From Diplonema japonicum (lineage: Eukaryota > Protista > Euglenozoa: Diplonemea), in the NCBI GenBank assembly GCA_964019335.1, contig OZ025711.1:434001-498000 (forward strand): a stretch of DNA of 64,000 bases, given 5' to 3'. A model generated the notes under the pieces. The model searched no databases. It was not told where the DNA came from and worked only from the letters and a program-made list of their open reading frames with translations. The translations under genes and the position numbers were made by a program. This document shows, piece by piece, positions 12,355-22,940 of this stretch (positions are counted from its first letter, which is position 1; every line of letters begins with the position of its first letter).

Positions 12355-13278
12355 TCAAATATTGGGCAACATCCCAACACCTTCCATCCCTGCGACAATG
12401 GCGTCCGCGTGGGCTTTCTGAACAGCATGGCCTCCGGTGGAGAATTTTAAAATGTGCAGGTTCTCCCTCTTCCCTTCCCCGCCGAAGCGGGCATCCAAAT
12501 TTTGGACGAGCTCCATCGTGACTGCATTATTGCAGACAGGGTCATCCGTAGAGTACGCCACCATGACTGGAACGTGTGTGGGGTGCTTCTTAATGGATTC
12601 TGTGAACTCAGGGAAATCGATGATAGCAATCCGCTTCTGCGCGTAGAGGTACTCTTCACGAGGTAAGATGGGAAAGCCAATCCACTGATAGACAGTGGGC
12701 AGCAGCATCGCGACAAATGACGTGAAATAACTGGTAGGGTGCTGATGGACATGCATTGCGATAGGCCGTATAAGCCACCATGGCTGGAGGGCACGGTGGG
12801 GTTGACATCCAGCAGGAGACATCAACAGAATACCGCTGAAAGAGTCAGGGTGCATTTGAACCATCTCAAGTGCAATGTGCGAGCCCAGTGAGTGGCACAC
12901 GATCAATGGTTTATTATCCGGTAAAGAGCCCCAGATGTCAGTGCAAACTGCTACAGATATTCTTGCCATTTCTTTGGCGTCGGGATCGCGGACTGAGCCT
13001 GCGTCAAGTGACGCACCGTGCCCAGGGAGATCCAGGCGTAGTACCTCCATGCCTTGTGCTTCTAAGTGCGGGGCAACGTATCTGAAGTCTCTAACACTCC
13101 CTGGACACCCGTGGATGCACACCGCCTTGGCTTTTCCCTTACCTCCCTTCGCATAGCCGATCAACCCTCGTACGCCCTCAACATGGGGCAACATCATGAT
13201 CGGGGGGTCGCTTGTGGCCAGCATTTTTTTAGGCGGCCTCTTCGTTCGCAGGCCGAGCAGGTTTCGTAGTGAATTCAT
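12355..13278 (-). CDS. Alpha/beta-hydrolase fold protein
   Basis: IHGCPGS oxyanion motif, DLPGHG, nucleophile elbow CHSLG, late Asp (STDD) and His (GGH). Start placed at MNSLRNLL; upstream ORF extension is homopolymer-derived. Confidence 0.85.
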   Translation of the reverse strand: MNSLRNLLGLRTKRPPKKMLATSDPPIMMLPHVEGVRGLIGYAKGGKGKAKAVCIHGCPGSVRDFRYVAPHLEAQGMEVLRLDLPGHGASLDAGSVRDPDAKEMARISVAVCTDIWGSLPDNKPLIVCHSLGSHIALEMVQMHPDSFSGILLMSPAGCQPHRALQPWWLIRPIAMHVHQHPTSYFTSFVAMLLPTVYQWIGFPILPREEYLYAQKRIAIIDFPEFTESIKKHPTHVPVMVAYSTDDPVCNNAVTMELVQNLDARFGGEGKRENLHILKFSTGGHAVQKAHADAIVAGMEGVGMLPNI

Positions 13279-13282
13279 TTTA

Positions 13283-13320
<38 letters not shown>

Positions 13321-13830
13321 CATCAAAAAAAAACAAAAACAAAAACAAAAAAACAAAGGGGATGGTGGTAGTGGTGGTTATGAAATGGTGAGACACAAGA
13401 AAGGGTGAATAAACAAAAAATATACCGTTAACCGATTACTAAGGGGGGGGGGGGGGGGGGGGAATAGCTGGGAGATAGTGGGGGGGGGTAAAAATACGAA
13501 GCGAGGCCGCATGTTTTTTTTTTTTAAAAGAGAAACAAAAAACATTTTAATTGCTTCTTTTTTTTTTCCCCTGGCTTTTTCTCTCTCCCCCCATTTTGTT
13601 TTCCATTATGGGGAGTTTTGCAAGAGGGGAGAACTACTTGATATTCGTTTCTTTGAAAGTTAGTTTCGTTTTCCTTTTTTTAAAGACTTTTTTTTTGCCG
13701 GCGTGTAACTGCTTTTTTTTTTTTTTTTCTTTTTTTCTTTTTTTTGGCTTTTACTTCTTTAGGAGAGAACGGTACAACAATAACAACAAATTCAAAAGAA
13801 AAAAGGGGGGGAGGGAAAAGAATTTCACTT

Positions 13831-16325
13831 TTACGACAAGCCTCGCGCCAGGGATGTTACAGTCTATGTGAGTGTTTTGTCCAAAAAAAAAAAAAAAATT
13901 CAAATCAACATACCAACCAGGCTTGGCTCCATCCACAGCCCTTTGCAAGTTGTGCCCTTGCAGTGTCCCGCGCAGCATCGGGAATGGCAGGAACAACATA
14001 AGAATGATCCGACACACCATTCGCCACCTTTTTTTTTTTTTTTTTTTTTTTTTAAATATCCTCCCCTTCTTCTACGTACCATGCTTACATAGACCTCATA
14101 AGGGTTCTGTACAACACCCCAGGCTTGTAAATTTCTAGCTTCATCTTTGAAGCTGACCTTTTCGTTGAAGATTTCACGGCACATTTCAGGCATTCCAACA
14201 GCGTGAAAACACTTTAAAAAAATTACTATTCTTTTTTTCCCCTCTCCCCAATTCATACCCTGAACCAAACCATAATCCCATTCCTGTCAGCCTCGTTCTT
14301 TGCCGTCAGTTCGAAAACCCCGTGTTCCGAGGACACGGTGACAGCCTTCGGGTTGTCCTGTACACCGCTCACATTGAGGTCCCGCCCCCACCGCCGTTTG
14401 ATCAAAACCTTTTGTTTGTCGGCCGCGTTCAACAGCTTCACATATTTGTTTGTTAGAATGAGGTGGTGCTTGCTCCCGTCCACCTGCACGTTGTAACCCT
14501 TGATCCCAGAACTGTCGATCGTCCGAGCGATGTCAAGCGCAAGAACTGCATTGAGTGATATGTAGGTGATCGCAGGCACGTGGTGAACCCCAGCTGCGGA
14601 GCATCTTATAAATTGCCCGACATCATCTACAGAAGTGGTGTATGAGATTGACGAGGTAGCGGAGGATGCGGGTGTCCAGGACGACGCGTCGGCAGAACGC
14701 TCCCATGTGCAGGAGACACTGGGGTTCCCTTCCACCTCGCATCTCAATGTTTCCCCTGCTATCGTTGAGCCCTTGAGGAAAACGTTTGTAAGAGGGATGC
14801 GCGGGATGAAAAGTGCCGCGGTTGCGATATCGGACATTTGTCCGGACGACGAGACCGCCGTGTACGTGCAGTCCAGTCGTTTCCCCACATCTTCAGCGGT
14901 AATGGTGAATTTTTTCCCCTCGAACGATCTGTTCTCGATTCCCCACTTCACAACCGGTTCCGCGGTACGATCTAAAGACGATTTCAACGTTACCTCAGCT
15001 ACCGGTACCACCACGCTCCCCGGTGTTAATTTTTCAGAATCGCATCGCAATTCAAGTCCGCTCACCACCGGGCGGTTCGACACCACGATATCGTCAAGCC
15101 GAGCAGTCGCTGCTATTCCCGTAACATGGCCTCTTTTCAAAACAGGGGTTATCTGGCATTGTATGTAACATCCTTCCGTGTCAGGTGTTAAAAGCAAGCT
15201 TGGTGTTTTCGAAGTTGTGATCTCCACAGGTTGTTCAGACGGTGCGGTTCGTACCCACGACAGCTCCACGTCACATTCTCCGCCGGAAATACTGTATACA
15301 ACTGCAAGTGTCGATCCGACAAGTGGGGAACCTTGAATCTCTGCATTATGGATAGATGGGAGGAGTATAATAGGTGGAGATGAGACAGTGGAGGTGTTTC
15401 GGTAGTCGGTTTCTAGTTCAACTTGTATCCGTGAGTTCAAATCGTCGATAGTTGGGATGTATGAGAGGACGTTGGAATCAACGATTTGCCGTCCTTGACC
15501 GCCGACGCAGTACCATTCAATGCTACCGTTCATGAGCTCCAGGTCTCTGTTCGACATCGATAGTTCTAGCATACCGCCGACCCGCGCGTCGCCGGTTAAA
15601 AGAAGGCCGCCGCTTCCTTCCCATGTACCTTCGACCGTTTCCAGTTCAACGGGTTCTGGTTGGATTGTGATGTCGTCGTTTCGTTGGATTTTCAAATCGC
15701 GAAGACTGTCGTTTGCGAAAACGTGAGACCATCGATCCGCCCCGCGGGTGTACACAAGATTATGAGAACGGTCTCTCCATTCTGACGGGTGGTTTTTGAG
15801 CAACATTGAAAGCTTATCGTCCTCGCTCACACGGGTTTCCTTAACGGTTTCCACACCAGAGTCGTCGATCAACCGAACGGTTACATTAAACACTCTTACC
15901 GATGGCATTCTTCGGTAGGATGCTGGTGATGGGCGGCGGCTGCTTCTATACGATACGGATGACATCCAATCATCAACAGATGGCTCCCGTCTTCGCTGGC
16001 TTCTACCCGACTTGTACGATCTGAAGGACACCACGCTTCTGCTGTCGATGTCCTCCGGGTACCGTTCCCGTTTGTCGTACTCCCTCTCCCTGTAGTCCCT
16101 GCTCGGTTCTCTTGAATATGTCCGCTCTTGTCGAACCACTGAAGGGACCCGCTCTGATCTCGGCGGTGGTGTTGCCGAGGCGGTCTCCGCCAGCAGAACC
16201 TGGTTGTCCGTGCGGGTCGAATCGATTTGCTCCCTCAGCCAGTTGTTATCCTGCTGCGTCTTCCGTATCTCATCTTCTAAATACGAACAATAAGACGAGC
16301 CGCCACGTGCCCTGGCGTGGCTCAT
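13831..16325 (-). CDS. AIR9-like protein with Ig-like (A9-type) repeats and R/S-rich N-terminus, 4 exons
   Basis: Repeated G-x-x-x-VG-x-x-L...W...Y-x-x-T-x-D-D-x-G-x-x-I units. Introns 14212-14258, 14028-14079 and 13864-13913 (all phase 0) extend the 690 aa ORF to ...TVTSLARGLS-TAA at 13831. Confidence 0.65.
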
Positions 16326-16513
16326 TGTGTTTTTTTTATCTTATTTTTTTTTTTCTCTTTTTCTTTTCCACCCCCTTTTTTTTTTAATGATTTTTGGGGG
16401 ATTCGGAGGGGGGGAAATAAAAAAGGAGAAACAAAAAAAGCAAGCGATTAGGGCAAGGGAATGAAGAAAAGAAAGAATGAAAGAAAAAGGGGGGGGGGGG
16501 GTTTATATAAATA

Positions 16514-16960
16514 TTAATTTTTTGTCACTTTCTTCTCCTCCGCCAGTCTTTTCTCAGCAGCTTCCAACGCTGCATTTCGACCTTTTTTCCCCATTTTCAT
16601 GCCGATTTTCCCGTAGCCCTTCTCGACAGAGACAGTTGGCTTGCCTGCTTTGGGTTGTTGCAGTTGTTTACCTTGCGAGCCTGTTCCTCGTACGGTGGTC
16701 CCGCGGAGATAGGGTGCCGCACCACCTTGCCGTCCTCCTCCGGTGCCGCTGCCTTTGAGCAAAGGCGGGGATTTTTTCGCTGCAACGGGTTTCGGTTTGT
16801 TGAGGTTATCCATCGCCTCGTTGTAAGCGTTCGTATTGTGCTCCAAGACCAATTTCTCAGCCGCCGTTGGCTCCCGACGGGGACCCGCAGCCTCCGCAAC
16901 AACAGGCCGCGGCCGCACGGTACGCTTGTCGTGTAGTGTGTGTACGTTTGCTTTCTTCAT
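16514..16960 (-). CDS. Hypothetical basic, low-complexity protein (about 148 aa)
   Basis: ATG preceded by an A-run as in neighbouring genes; homopolymer-free coding-like sequence; same strand as the cluster. Confidence 0.65.
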   Translation of the reverse strand: MKKANVHTLHDKRTVRPRPVVAEAAGPRREPTAAEKLVLEHNTNAYNEAMDNLNKPKPVAAKKSPPLLKGSGTGGGRQGGAAPYLRGTTVRGTGSQGKQLQQPKAGKPTVSVEKGYGKIGMKMGKKGRNAALEAAEKRLAEEKKVTKN

Positions 16961-17058
16961 TTTTTTTTTTTCTTCTTGCAAACCTATGACAATTAAGGAG
17001 GGGAGCAGGGGGTAAAAAAAAATTTTTTTTTCTATTTTTTTTTTCTTTTTTGTTCCCC

Positions 17059-17628
17059 TCACCACAAAACCCTCCAACTTCCCATCGATACAAACATGAC
17101 CCCAACACCCAACAGCAAGTGTTGGTAGGCGTGGATGATCGACAGCACATACTCAACATGCTCTGGGAACAAAAGGGCGGCCTGCTGTATGACCGCCAAC
17201 CTGACCAACGTGCCCATAATGTTCAGAGAGTAAAAATACAAAAGAGGCATTTTTGTAGCCCCCGCCACGAGGCAGACGAGCATTCCAGGGTCGACGAGAA
17301 CAGAGGCGTAGGTGACCCGTCCAGCTAAGAGGACCGCTTTCTCAGCGTAAGGGACTTTTTCTGCAATGTATTGCAGTCCTGTCTCTCCGTGGTCCCGGCC
17401 GAATAAGTAGAACAAAGGGTCCTCTACCAGTCTCCTGGTGAAGGCTGCCACCCACCACACCCAGCCCGACACCCTCCCCGCCGTGAAGAAACAATGAAGG
17501 TCATTACTGTTCAAACCCAACAACCAAACAGGGTGTTCCTCCACCAACATAGGCCCCAACACATCTCCTGCCTTGCCCACCAACATGACGAAGGTGGCGA
17601 TTACACAGTAAGTGTTCAAGGACAACAT
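17059..17628 (-). CDS. DedA/VTT-like integral membrane protein
   Basis: Several hydrophobic segments; DPLFYLFGRDHG and LVAGATKMPLLYFYSLNIMGTLVR resemble DedA/SNARE-associated motifs; pyrimidine-rich ...TTTCAG acceptor upstream of the ATG. Confidence 0.6.
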   Translation of the reverse strand: MLSLNTYCVIATFVMLVGKAGDVLGPMLVEEHPVWLLGLNSNDLHCFFTAGRVSGWVWWVAAFTRRLVEDPLFYLFGRDHGETGLQYIAEKVPYAEKAVLLAGRVTYASVLVDPGMLVCLVAGATKMPLLYFYSLNIMGTLVRLAVIQQAALLFPEHVEYVLSIIHAYQHLLLGVGVMFVSMGSWRVLW

Positions 17629-18263
17629 TTATTCTACATCAGGTCTGAAATGAAATAAAAATAAAAAAACTCAGTGGCGTCCACTAAAAAGAAAAAAAAA
17701 AAAAAAAGAAAAAGGGTGCATTCTGTAAATCCCCTTCTTTTTTTTAAAGGAGGGGAGGAGCATTTTATTTTTTTCCTAGGAATTCTTTTTTTTTTTTTTT
17801 TTTTTTTCTCCTTCCAGCAGGACTAACTAAGAGGTTTAACATTAAAACAAAGAGCAAAAGACGTAGGACAGAATGAAGTAAGAGGGGGGTTTTAAAATAG
17901 AAAAATCGTCAAGGTGGACAAAGTGTACCATAAAGTACGGTGGTTTGTTATCAAAAGACTTTTTCGATAAGGTTTCAGTGTGCAGGGTGAGGGGGAGGGG
18001 GGTGCTCACCATGAAAAAAATAATAATAAGGGGGTAAAAATGAATTCTTATGACTACATGTCTTTGTTGGTCGTTTGTTTTTTTTCTTTTCTTTTTTTTT
18101 TTTTTTTTGAAAGATAAAATGAATGTTGTAACAAAAGAAAAAAAAAACACAATTTTCAGTATCCTCAGAAGAAAAAAGAAAAAAAAAAATCCCCCTCTTC
18201 GACTACTATTGAAAGCGTGGGGGGGACTAAAAAAAAACCTCTTTGGCCTCTCTCTCAGTATAT

Positions 18264-21200
18264 TCAGTACCAGTCAAAAATCTGGTGCACCTTGATCCCG
18301 CAAGACGTGCATTCTCGGACCGTAGAAATAAGGTAAGGGATGGCTACGGACAAAGATAGTCTGGTAAGGGGTTTGCCGGACGTGTCCCCAGTAGGGTACT
18401 GGTAAGGGAACTTGACCTCCACACCTGTCATGGCCTTGATCTTGGGGAGTTGGGTCTCATCGTCAGAAAGCACCACCGCCACCTGCACACAGGAGTTACG
18501 TGAGATTTCCAAAATGCGAGCGTCCCCCGGAAGCTCCGACAGTTTGAGGACTACCTCGGTGAGACCTTTAAACGTGGGAACCTGAAGGATGAACAACCCA
18601 TCAACAACGGACCGCTTCAATTTAATTCTCGGGTCGATGGAAGACCATTTGTTGTAATTGGAAGGAACGCCCGGGAGGTAAATCACGATCTCCTCATGCA
18701 GGCTGCCTTCTTCGTACGAGTCCCCCAGTATCAGCTTCAACGGCGTGGCAAGAGCAAGCAGTTGCGCGAACATCCATGTCATCACTACCCCAGGCACTGC
18801 AGAGGTCAGGAATGCCATACTCGTGAGAGCTTTTTGCATCCCGAACTTCTCCTTCACGATCCCAACCTCCTTCCCCAACACTGTCCCATATAATGACAAA
18901 AAGTCTGTAAACGGGAAGCGGTACCAAGGGGTGTTTACCATGCTTTTACCGAATATCTGGATGATTTCAACTTGCATCCATTCTGTCAGTTTGTACCAAG
19001 TATACTCGCCGCCGCCGCCGTTTGATGCTGCGGTCACACCGTTTCTGTACAATTTGTCCCTTAGCATGTCGACCTTGGGGATGAGCTCAGCGGGGTGTGG
19101 TTCTACTGGGAAGTACGTGATTTTCAACGTAGGCACGTCGGAGTTGAGAAGTTGTCTGAGGGTGTCGAAGGTCGCTGACACCACCCCACGGTCGAAGACA
19201 GTCTCCATGTCGATGCCCGACATCCAGACGGTTTCCTTTGTGTGAAAGCGGGACTTGATAATTTCCGTAACGTCTCTGTGGTTCGAATCGTAGCCGTACA
19301 CCGCCCTGACAATGTGTTTCACCCCCGGGATGTTGCATGCTTTCGTCAGGTGAACTGTTCGCGTGCCGTTCTTCATCCCGCCCATCATGATGGACACCTC
19401 TTCTTTGTCTTTTATCTCTGTATGACCGTTGCTGGACATTGATGCTTTTCTGGTGTCTTGGGAGAGCTGCCACATGGACACCACATCACCCAATCCTATC
19501 CAGTTCATCTTGGATTTATGCCCGCTTGCTAGTTGAACTTTCGACGACCCTAATATTGCCATCATTGCCTTGCACCAGCCGGTGCTTCCTTTCTTGCCTG
19601 TCATGGAGTCAATGTGCGGGTATTTTTTCTCCTTCTTCACCACTTCTAATGCGTCGCGTAGTTCCAGCCAGGCTTGAGGGTCGAGGTATTGAGCGAGACC
19701 GTCTGCGGTCTTTTCTATGTCGCCGTCCTTATCGCCCGGGTTGAACAGCGACCCTTGCAAGCGTGAGAGTCCGGCTTTTGATGTCATGCTGCTCTTCAGT
19801 AAATCGGGCAGCACGACAAGCACCTCTGCCAAGCGGTCGCGGATCTCATCCCGAGACACCTCTTGCAGCAGCATTTGTTCTCTTTGGTGTTGTTTCTCTT
19901 GGGCCTCCGATCGCTCCTCCTCCCTTTGTTGGTTCTGCGCGTCTTCTTTGCTTTTGAACGCGTCCACGATGTCGTTGTAAAAGGACAGCAACAGAAGCTC
20001 CCCACCGGAAGCCTGTCCTGTTGCGACCTTTCTCTTCAACGCGGGTGCGATGAAGAACAGCTCTTTAGGGATGATGCCTGTTTGCGCGCGCTGGATGTCC
20101 TTTACCTTGATGTGCCGCAGGATCGGCTGCAGCTTCTTGAGCATAGTGAAGACAGGCTCGACCGATCTGTCAATGATACCGCCGATGAGCGTTTGATGAG
20201 CCGTCGTGAAGAACTTCGCGTTCTCTTTCAAGAACTGTTTAAAGGCAGGGAGGCCGCTGTTAAGGAGCTTGTCTACTCTGTCTGTACCGAACTCGAAAAG
20301 CGAGCTTGGGATCTGCGACAACACAGATGTCAGCTGCGGTGGGAGGCCCGAGGCTTCCTCCACAGTCGGAACCACTGTCACCACGGGAGCTCTGTTGCCA
20401 AGAGAGTATCCCTCCGGGACAGGCTTCACAAAGCACATCATCTCGTCAAGAGTAGGGTCGCCCTTCTCCATTTCGTACAGATTGCTGTCGACAAGATCGG
20501 AGAAGGATTCTATCAGCGTACGCCATTCTTTGACAGGACGGAACCCACGTAGTTCTTCCGCTTCATCTGTTTCTGAGACGCCGGTCACAGCGTTGAAGAC
20601 ACTGTGCGCGAGGTCCAGCAAGGGAATGAGCTCGGGGCTGGCATCGTGCTCGCGTGTGATGAAGATCCCTCCAGGGCGCAGGACACGAGACACTTCCGAC
20701 AAAAAACGCGGGATTTTATCCAGAGGGAGGTGGTGCAAACCCTGGTTCATCGTGACAAGGTCAGCACACCCCGATTTCAATTGAAGACCATCCGTGAAAT
20801 CTGTGTAGTCAACACTCACAAAATCGCCTACGGCAGCAGATGAGCCCCTTTCAATGACCTGCGGGATGTCGTCGGCGTCACTGTCGTGAACGACCCAGCA
20901 GTTCCCTGTCATGTCCAACGCATCACGCAACGGTTTGATAAGCTTCCCAGGATCGCCGATGGATACGTAGTCCTGGATGACGCCCACTTTACCGAGCTTT
21001 CCGATGACCGAGATGGTTTCTTTTACAAGCTCTTCTTTTTGCTGGGAGAGCTGTTTTACTTGTTTGAAGACCTTCCCCACGAAATGTGTGGGGCTCGACA
21101 GGTCCTTCTCAAGGGTGTCTTTCAGAAGGCGGAACACATCGACGTCGGTGAAGTTAGGGTACCGTGCCCTTGCGAGGAGAACGGATTTGGAGATGATAGC

Positions 21201-22940
21201 GAAGAGCTGCTTGTTGTTCTCGATGTTGAAGATCTTGGTGAGGAACAGGTCCACGAACTGCCCACGGAGCCACGCGTTGTTGGTCAACCGGAGGTACGAA
21301 TCAGTCCTTTGCATCGAAACATTGTTCAATAGTTCAGAAGCAGCCGAAACAGACAATACCTGCCTCGTAGGTGCTTCAAGAACACCTTCGAACTGAACAG
21401 GGTAGTCATGGTCCTCAAGAAACTGCATCCCGTAAGCCTTGAACCACTCGTTCGAAAACACATTATGCGGGTCGAAGTTCATCTTCTCCTCGAAAAACTC
21501 CTTGACGTTCGGATAACACTTTACAAGATCTTCCTTAGAATAATGGTGCCTGTAAGGAAGGTAGAACGATCCTCCAAGCCCTTGAACCAGCGAGACAAAT
21601 CGTTCGTGGAAAGACCGCAGCTCGGCGTCAGCTTCGTCCGTACGACGCATACGAAAGTAAAGCACGAATGCAAAGGCACCGCCTTCAACCCTGCTATACG
21701 GGAGAAAGGTATCCAGATCCTCTTCGACGTACCTTACTGTGGTGTTGAGGAGAACAACGGATTTTGCAACGGTGTCGAGGTCTCTGTAGATGCTTTTGGA
21801 ACCGGTGATCCACGCTTTGAACTTGTTTTCCGGAACGAAGTATTCTTGCAGGATAAAGGTGTCGTCGATACGGTACAATGGATCGTACAATTTAGCAAGG
21901 GGGATCGCAGATTCGTACATTAAGGAGTTGCGGTCGTGGGCTTCCTTCCAATCGACGGCCATTCCGGTGGAGCGTTCCAGCGCGTATCTGAAGTCGTTCA
22001 TTGAGGTCCCGAGCCATTTGTACATTATCCGCATTGTGGTGGACATTTCACGCGGTTCGGGTTCAAGAGCGCTGACGGTGGTGGTTGCTATCGATTTCCT
22101 GCAGACAATGAGCGAAATGTTCTCCGTGTTTGAAACCTCCAGCCTCGCCAGCTTCACTGCAACATCATCCGATCGGCGAATGGAACGATACACATCCGGA
22201 AACTCATGCGCTGTAAGGTTCATTTGAAGAACCTCAATGGTAGTATTATCATCCACCTTCATTGTGGCCTCCATGATCACACCGAAGAGGCCGTACCCAC
22301 CAATGCACAATGAGAAAAGACGCTGTGAAGTTTCATCACCATCTCGTGAGCACGTGACCTGCGTGCCGTCCCATAGGATAACTTTGAACGATGTGATGCA
22401 CTCTGCAAGGCAGTGGTCGGATGTGATGCCATGGGCGTTGACTGCGATGGTTCCACCGACGGAGAAGGAGCAGTAGGATTGCATTGTTCTTGGTGACTTC
22501 CCGTAGGTGTTCAGGTGTTTGATGAGGTCCGCCCATGTTGCCCCTACTCCACATGTTACCAGTTGTGTCTCGGTGTTGTAGGAGATGGTGTTTAAACGTT
22601 TTGTGTCGATGACCAAGCCGTCCTGTGCCATGCTGTGACCGCCCATCGAGTGTTGTGTCCCGCGCATGGAGACGTGCTTCCCCTCGGAGAGAGCCCTGGC
22701 GAGAACTTGTTTCACGTCGTTTTCGTCACGGACGTCGATTACTCCTGCTACTACCGTTGTGTTTAGCCTTGTCACATCATCAACCTGGATAATCCCTTGT
22801 GCGGGGTCGGGGTCAGGCCAGCAACACCCCTCTGTCATTGAACCTGGAAGAATGGTTTCCCTTCTGAATTGGTAGCTGGTAACAAATTGACTATTCCGAC
22901 ACCGACTCTGTTTTACTGAATGCACGCATACCCTCCTCAT
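18264..22940 (-). CDS. Multidomain protein: FAD-linked oxidase (PCMH-type FAD-binding) + class I SAM methyltransferase + uncharacterised C-terminal region
   Basis: RGTQHSMGGHS, SVGGTIAVNAHG, IGGYGLFGVI, GGSFYLPY, FDPHNVFSN (oxidase); DLVTMNQGLHH, RVLRPGGIFITREHD (methyltransferase). 1558 aa, intronless. Confidence 0.85.
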   Translation of the reverse strand: MRRVCVHSVKQSRCRNSQFVTSYQFRRETILPGSMTEGCCWPDPDPAQGIIQVDDVTRLNTTVVAGVIDVRDENDVKQVLARALSEGKHVSMRGTQHSMGGHSMAQDGLVIDTKRLNTISYNTETQLVTCGVGATWADLIKHLNTYGKSPRTMQSYCSFSVGGTIAVNAHGITSDHCLAECITSFKVILWDGTQVTCSRDGDETSQRLFSLCIGGYGLFGVIMEATMKVDDNTTIEVLQMNLTAHEFPDVYRSIRRSDDVAVKLARLEVSNTENISLIVCRKSIATTTVSALEPEPREMSTTMRIMYKWLGTSMNDFRYALERSTGMAVDWKEAHDRNSLMYESAIPLAKLYDPLYRIDDTFILQEYFVPENKFKAWITGSKSIYRDLDTVAKSVVLLNTTVRYVEEDLDTFLPYSRVEGGAFAFVLYFRMRRTDEADAELRSFHERFVSLVQGLGGSFYLPYRHHYSKEDLVKCYPNVKEFFEEKMNFDPHNVFSNEWFKAYGMQFLEDHDYPVQFEGVLEAPTRQVLSVSAASELLNNVSMQRTDSYLRLTNNAWLRGQFVDLFLTKIFNIENNKQLFAIISKSVLLARARYPNFTDVDVFRLLKDTLEKDLSSPTHFVGKVFKQVKQLSQQKEELVKETISVIGKLGKVGVIQDYVSIGDPGKLIKPLRDALDMTGNCWVVHDSDADDIPQVIERGSSAAVGDFVSVDYTDFTDGLQLKSGCADLVTMNQGLHHLPLDKIPRFLSEVSRVLRPGGIFITREHDASPELIPLLDLAHSVFNAVTGVSETDEAEELRGFRPVKEWRTLIESFSDLVDSNLYEMEKGDPTLDEMMCFVKPVPEGYSLGNRAPVVTVVPTVEEASGLPPQLTSVLSQIPSSLFEFGTDRVDKLLNSGLPAFKQFLKENAKFFTTAHQTLIGGIIDRSVEPVFTMLKKLQPILRHIKVKDIQRAQTGIIPKELFFIAPALKRKVATGQASGGELLLLSFYNDIVDAFKSKEDAQNQQREEERSEAQEKQHQREQMLLQEVSRDEIRDRLAEVLVVLPDLLKSSMTSKAGLSRLQGSLFNPGDKDGDIEKTADGLAQYLDPQAWLELRDALEVVKKEKKYPHIDSMTGKKGSTGWCKAMMAILGSSKVQLASGHKSKMNWIGLGDVVSMWQLSQDTRKASMSSNGHTEIKDKEEVSIMMGGMKNGTRTVHLTKACNIPGVKHIVRAVYGYDSNHRDVTEIIKSRFHTKETVWMSGIDMETVFDRGVVSATFDTLRQLLNSDVPTLKITYFPVEPHPAELIPKVDMLRDKLYRNGVTAASNGGGGEYTWYKLTEWMQVEIIQIFGKSMVNTPWYRFPFTDFLSLYGTVLGKEVGIVKEKFGMQKALTSMAFLTSAVPGVVMTWMFAQLLALATPLKLILGDSYEEGSLHEEIVIYLPGVPSNYNKWSSIDPRIKLKRSVVDGLFILQVPTFKGLTEVVLKLSELPGDARILEISRNSCVQVAVVLSDDETQLPKIKAMTGVEVKFPYQYPTGDTSGKPLTRLSLSVAIPYLISTVRECTSCGIKVHQIFDWY

